From NCBI GenBank assembly GCA_038871515.1, contig JAVZHX010000001.1:96001-160000 (forward strand): a stretch of 64,000 nucleotides of DNA, written 5' to 3'. Positions 60,717 through 64,000 of the stretch are shown in pieces (the stretch's first letter is position 1; each line of letters opens with the position of its first letter). The position numbers were made by a program, and so were the translations under genes. The notes under the pieces were generated by a model. That model ran no database searches. It saw only the letters and a list, made by a program, of their open reading frames with translations, and was not told where the DNA came from. Source of the DNA: Candidatus Micrarchaeia archaeon (GTDB lineage: Archaea > Micrarchaeota > Micrarchaeia > Burarchaeales > Fermentimicrarchaeaceae).

Positions 60717-62609
60717 CTACTTCAGCCTTATCGCATCAAGGTTCATTGGAGCGCGTGATTCTATTCTTGTCATTCTGTTCACGCTTCTCGCCAAATCATC
60801 GCACTTGCTCTCATCCCCGTGAAGCGTGAATATTCTTTCTGGGTTGGGCTTCATGTGGCGTATGAAGTTTATCAGCTGATTTCTATCACTATGCCCTGAA
60901 AAGCCGTCAATTGTCTCAACCCTCATGTTCACCTTCACTGTTTCAAGCATTCCCTTCTCCCCAAGCACAGGTATCTCCTTCATCCCACTCTGTATTTTCC
61001 TCCCAAGCGAGAGGGCGCTCTGGTAGCCAACAAATATCAAAAGGTTTCTTGGGTCGTCCGCCATCATCTTGAAGTATTCAACAGAGGGACCTCCACTCAG
61101 CATTCCTGAGGGAGCGAGTATCACGCATGGGTCTCCCTCAACAATCTCCTTCCTGTTATTTTTCACAGACTCAAATATTTTTGATTCAAACGGGCTTTTG
61201 TTTGACAGAACCCTTCTCTGCACGCTCTGCCTTAAATACTCAGGATAAGCTGTGTGAATTGCTGATGCTTCAAGTATCATCCCGTCTATGTAGATTGGGC
61301 ATTCAAACGAGCCAGAGCTTTGCGCGTATTCCTCAAGCACCAGCATTATCTCCTGGGATCTCCCAACTGCAAAAACTGGTATGAGAACCTTGCCTTTATT
61401 CTGAATTGTCTCGTGAATAAGCTCCTTCAACCTGGTTTCCGCCTCCTGCCTCGGTGGCATCATATCGCTTCTTCCTCCATACGTGCTTTCTATGAAAAGC
61501 GTTTCTATTCTTGGGAAGGTTGTTGTTGCCTGGTCAAACAACCTTGTGAAACCATACTTTATATCACCTGTGAAAACAAGGTTGTGCAACCCATCTCCAA
61601 TATGGAGGTGCACCATCGCGCTTCCGAGTATGTGCCCAGCGTTGTGGAAGGTTAATTTTATTTCAGGTGTTATATCCGTTACCTCATCATACTGCCTTAC
61701 TATGCACATATTCAACATTTTCCTTACATCCTTTTCTGCGTAGGGAGCAGCCACTCCGTTTTTCTGCAGCACATTTATGTAATCAAACTGCAGCATCACC
61801 ATCAAATCCCTTGTAGGCGGAGTGCAATAGATTGGTCCATCATACCCATATGCGACAAGGTATGGAATGAAGCCTGAGTGGTCAAGATGGGCGTGGGTTA
61901 CTATAACCGCATCAAGCTCGTCAAGCGCAAGGTTCATCGCATTTAAGTATGGATATGCTCTTGTGGCTTCTGTTGTTTCAGCGTTCACCCCGCAGTCAAG
62001 CAGTATTTTGTCGTTTGAAGTTTGAAGAAGCAAGCATGTTCTTCCAACTTCCTTGAAGCCACCAAGAGCAGTCACCTTAACCCAATCGCTCTTCCCATTT
62101 CCAGTTGTTATTTTCTTTCCAACTGCGCTGAGGAACTTCTTTCTGAAATCAGATTCCTTGAAAAGAGAGTTTCTTATTCCTTTCACTGTTTCGGATGGCA
62201 TGGTGGGTGTTCTGAGTATTTTTGGAGCCCACCCAGTTTGCAGTATTATCGCTTTCAGGGTGGAGCCACCCTTCCCAATAACCAAACCTGGTTTCAGCGA
62301 GTCAATAATCACCTCGCAGAACTCAGGTGAGAACTTTATGTCAGTTATGCCTGCCTCCTGCGGCACTATCTCCTGTATTTTCTTAACTGCCTCATCCGGC
62401 GGAGTTAGATTGGAGGGGTCACTCCTCACAAGCACCCTCTTTCTCAAAACACCTGCGATTCTCTTTATCAAGTTTGGATCGGAGTAGAACGCCTCAATGT
62501 TTTTCAGATATATCGCTACGTCTGGCCCTTCATACTCTGCTTTTGTAATTGTGCAGCCAGCAGGCAATACAGGTTCTAGCTTCTTCTGTATATCGTTTAG
62601 GTTGTTCAA
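60717..62609 (-). CDS. Beta-CASP ribonuclease aCPSF1 (FttA) with N-terminal KH domains
   Basis: KPGLVIGKGG, LGGF-EVGR, HAHLDH, AGHILGS, ESTYG, AVGRSQE, SGML-GG, FSGHSD, HG. Start TTG 62609 (alternative 62624). Confidence 0.95.
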   Translation of the reverse strand: MNNLNDIQKKLEPVLPAGCTITKAEYEGPDVAIYLKNIEAFYSDPNLIKRIAGVLRKRVLVRSDPSNLTPPDEAVKKIQEIVPQEAGITDIKFSPEFCEVIIDSLKPGLVIGKGGSTLKAIILQTGWAPKILRTPTMPSETVKGIRNSLFKESDFRKKFLSAVGKKITTGNGKSDWVKVTALGGFKEVGRTCLLLQTSNDKILLDCGVNAETTEATRAYPYLNAMNLALDELDAVIVTHAHLDHSGFIPYLVAYGYDGPIYCTPPTRDLMVMLQFDYINVLQKNGVAAPYAEKDVRKMLNMCIVRQYDEVTDITPEIKLTFHNAGHILGSAMVHLHIGDGLHNLVFTGDIKYGFTRLFDQATTTFPRIETLFIESTYGGRSDMMPPRQEAETRLKELIHETIQNKGKVLIPVFAVGRSQEIMLVLEEYAQSSGSFECPIYIDGMILEASAIHTAYPEYLRQSVQRRVLSNKSPFESKIFESVKNNRKEIVEGDPCVILAPSGMLSGGPSVEYFKMMADDPRNLLIFVGYQSALSLGRKIQSGMKEIPVLGEKGMLETVKVNMRVETIDGFSGHSDRNQLINFIRHMKPNPERIFTLHGDESKCDDLARSVNRMTRIESRAPMNLDAIRLK

Positions 62610-62654
62610 AAAAATCCGCCTCAATTAATGTATAAAGATGAATGCATTTGACAC

Positions 62655-63284
62655 TCACTCATGCTTTGATTCTAAAAGCTTCTTTATTGTCTCCTTATCG
62701 TATCTTTTAAACTCCTCTGCTCCTATGGAGACAAGGTCTATCCCATCCCCAGTTCCAACATCCCTTTTCATTGCTGCTGAAAGGGCTCTCAAAGCAAGCT
62801 TCAGGTTATCCTTAACTGGTTTGTTCTCCTCAAACGCATCCTCAAGCAACCCATATGCAACCGGCGAACCGCTTCCAGTTGAAACAAACCTCTCCTCAGT
62901 CACCCCTCCAATTGGGTCCAAGTTGAATATGCGTGGCTTCTCATCATAACCAGCAACAAGAATTTGAACTAGGAAGGGGAAGAATTTGTACTGGAACATT
63001 ATGTTTGAAAGCAGTGTTGTTGCTGCTCCAACGCTCATCGGCTTGCCGTAGCTCATCTTGTAGAGCTGAGCTTCATACTTCATATACCTCACAAGCGTTT
63101 GAGCATCCCCCACGCTTCCGGCAACTGTCACCCCAAGCGTGTCATCTATCTGAAATATTTTGTCAACCTCCCTGTTTGCTATGAAGTAGCCCATTGTTGC
63201 TCTCTTATCCGCAGCCAGAATCACTCCATCGCTACAAACCAAACCTACCGTTGTTGTTCCTTTCATTGTTTTAGTTTCCTCCAT
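62655..63284 (-). CDS. psmB: Proteasome subunit beta
   Basis: Propeptide MEETKTMKG|TTTVG, AADKRAT, AGSVGDAQ, TGSGSP-AYG, RD-x-TGDG; conserved adjacency to aCPSF1. Confidence 0.97.
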   Translation of the reverse strand: MEETKTMKGTTTVGLVCSDGVILAADKRATMGYFIANREVDKIFQIDDTLGVTVAGSVGDAQTLVRYMKYEAQLYKMSYGKPMSVGAATTLLSNIMFQYKFFPFLVQILVAGYDEKPRIFNLDPIGGVTEERFVSTGSGSPVAYGLLEDAFEENKPVKDNLKLALRALSAAMKRDVGTGDGIDLVSIGAEEFKRYDKETIKKLLESKHE

Positions 63285-63476
63285 TTTAACACCTAATGGT
63301 CGCAGAAAAAGCGAGTAATATTACTGCATACATATTTTTAAGCTTTCTGCTGCTCATGCCGTGGTGCATTAATTAGGGTAGGTTTCTAAAGATTCGTAAT
63401 TGAACCTTCAGTGGTTTAACCGCACAACCCTAAGAAAACTTCTAAAGCCCTTTACCTCAAGTTAAAGTTAGACTAC

Positions 63477-64000
63477 CTACTGCTCAAAGGAGTATTCCTC
63501 CACAACAATGAGTTTTTTCACCTCAGGGAGAAGCCTGTGAACAGAGCCTGCAAAACTGGATTTGTTTATCAGAAAATCCGCATCCTTTTTCACGTTTGGC
63601 GGGAAGGTGATGCTCAGAACTCCGTTTTCAAATTTTATACTCTCAGGTTTCAGAGCGAAGCTGTCCAGCAGTCCATTCACCTTTGAGTTAAAATCAGCTA
63701 GTTTCTCCTCAACTTTCACTTCATATACGACCTTCTCTCCTGCAAGAGGGTGGTTTAAGTCAACCATCACCCTCCCACCACTCACACTTTTAACAACTCC
63801 TCTCATCCCATCCAAATCCAAAAGTAAGCCGGGGAATGGCTCAATCTCCCTTTTCCTGAATTCCGAGATGGGCAGTATTCTCACTAGATTTGGGTTTCTC
63901 TCCCCAAACGCATCTGCTGGTTGAAGTTCAACTGTTTTCTGCTCCCCCGTGCTCATTTCCCTCAGAGCAGCATCAAGCCCCTTGACAACATGCTCTTTTC
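63477..64000 (-). CDS. FKBP-type peptidyl-prolyl isomerase (long archaeal SlyD-like), partial (5' end outside window)
   Basis: Frame open to the window end: ...HVVKGLD...P-DAFGERN...GRV-VDLNHPLAG. Confidence 0.9.
   Translation of the reverse strand, partial: KEHVVKGLDAALREMSTGEQKTVELQPADAFGERNPNLVRILPISEFRKREIEPFPGLLLDLDGMRGVVKSVSGGRVMVDLNHPLAGEKVVYEVKVEEKLADFNSKVNGLLDSFALKPESIKFENGVLSITFPPNVKKDADFLINKSSFAGSVHRLLPEVKKLIVVEEYSFEQ

Noticed and set aside
979..63924. Many long antisense or alternate-frame ORFs in the track (e.g. 979-1683, 13336-14094, 15759-16412, 18068-18682, 27442-28065, 57964-58878)
   Set aside because: They shadow well-supported genes or tRNAs and have Ser/Phe/Leu-rich composition typical of the reverse strand of purine-rich genes, with no motifs.
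1..64000. CRISPR arrays, rRNA genes, IS elements, stop-codon recoding
   Set aside because: No spaced direct repeats, rRNA-like tracts or transposases seen; recognisable genes end at expected lengths under the standard archaeal code.

Overview
Archaeal chromosomal window, about 64 kb, densely coding and mostly housekeeping. It carries PolD DP1/DP2, MCM, Topo VI A/B, aIF2-beta/gamma, aIF5B, aIF1A, EF-1alpha, Gly/Leu/Met/Val-tRNA synthetases, r-proteins S6e/S10/S15/S3Ae, fibrillarin, Nop5, ScpA/B, Rio1, aCPSF1, proteasome beta and enolase. Gene content, compact overlapping genes and non-canonical tRNA introns suggest a DPANN archaeon, plausibly Micrarchaeota; this is inference only. There are six tRNA genes, three with tiny introns: Arg-TCT (non-canonical 29/30), Lys-TTT (37/38) and Asn-GTT (two introns, 30/31 and 37/38). 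Two full-length LAGLIDADG inteins sit in MCM and Topo VI-B. I saw no CRISPR array, rRNA, transposase or integrase. Best candidates for undescribed biology: (1) a single-pass receptor-like protein with a huge Cys-rich ectodomain and a cytoplasmic pseudo-KaiC domain, encoded next to an intact KaiC-like ATPase; (2) a cassette with two HypC-like proteins around an EamA transporter and no hydrogenase nearby; (3) a methanogen-type homocysteine/sulfur cluster (DUF39-CBS, NIL-ferredoxin, UPF0280) whose DUF39 protein lacks the conserved Cys; (4) a circularly permuted membrane-anchored thioredoxin next to a normally ordered paralog. All product calls come from motif recognition by eye, without database searches.
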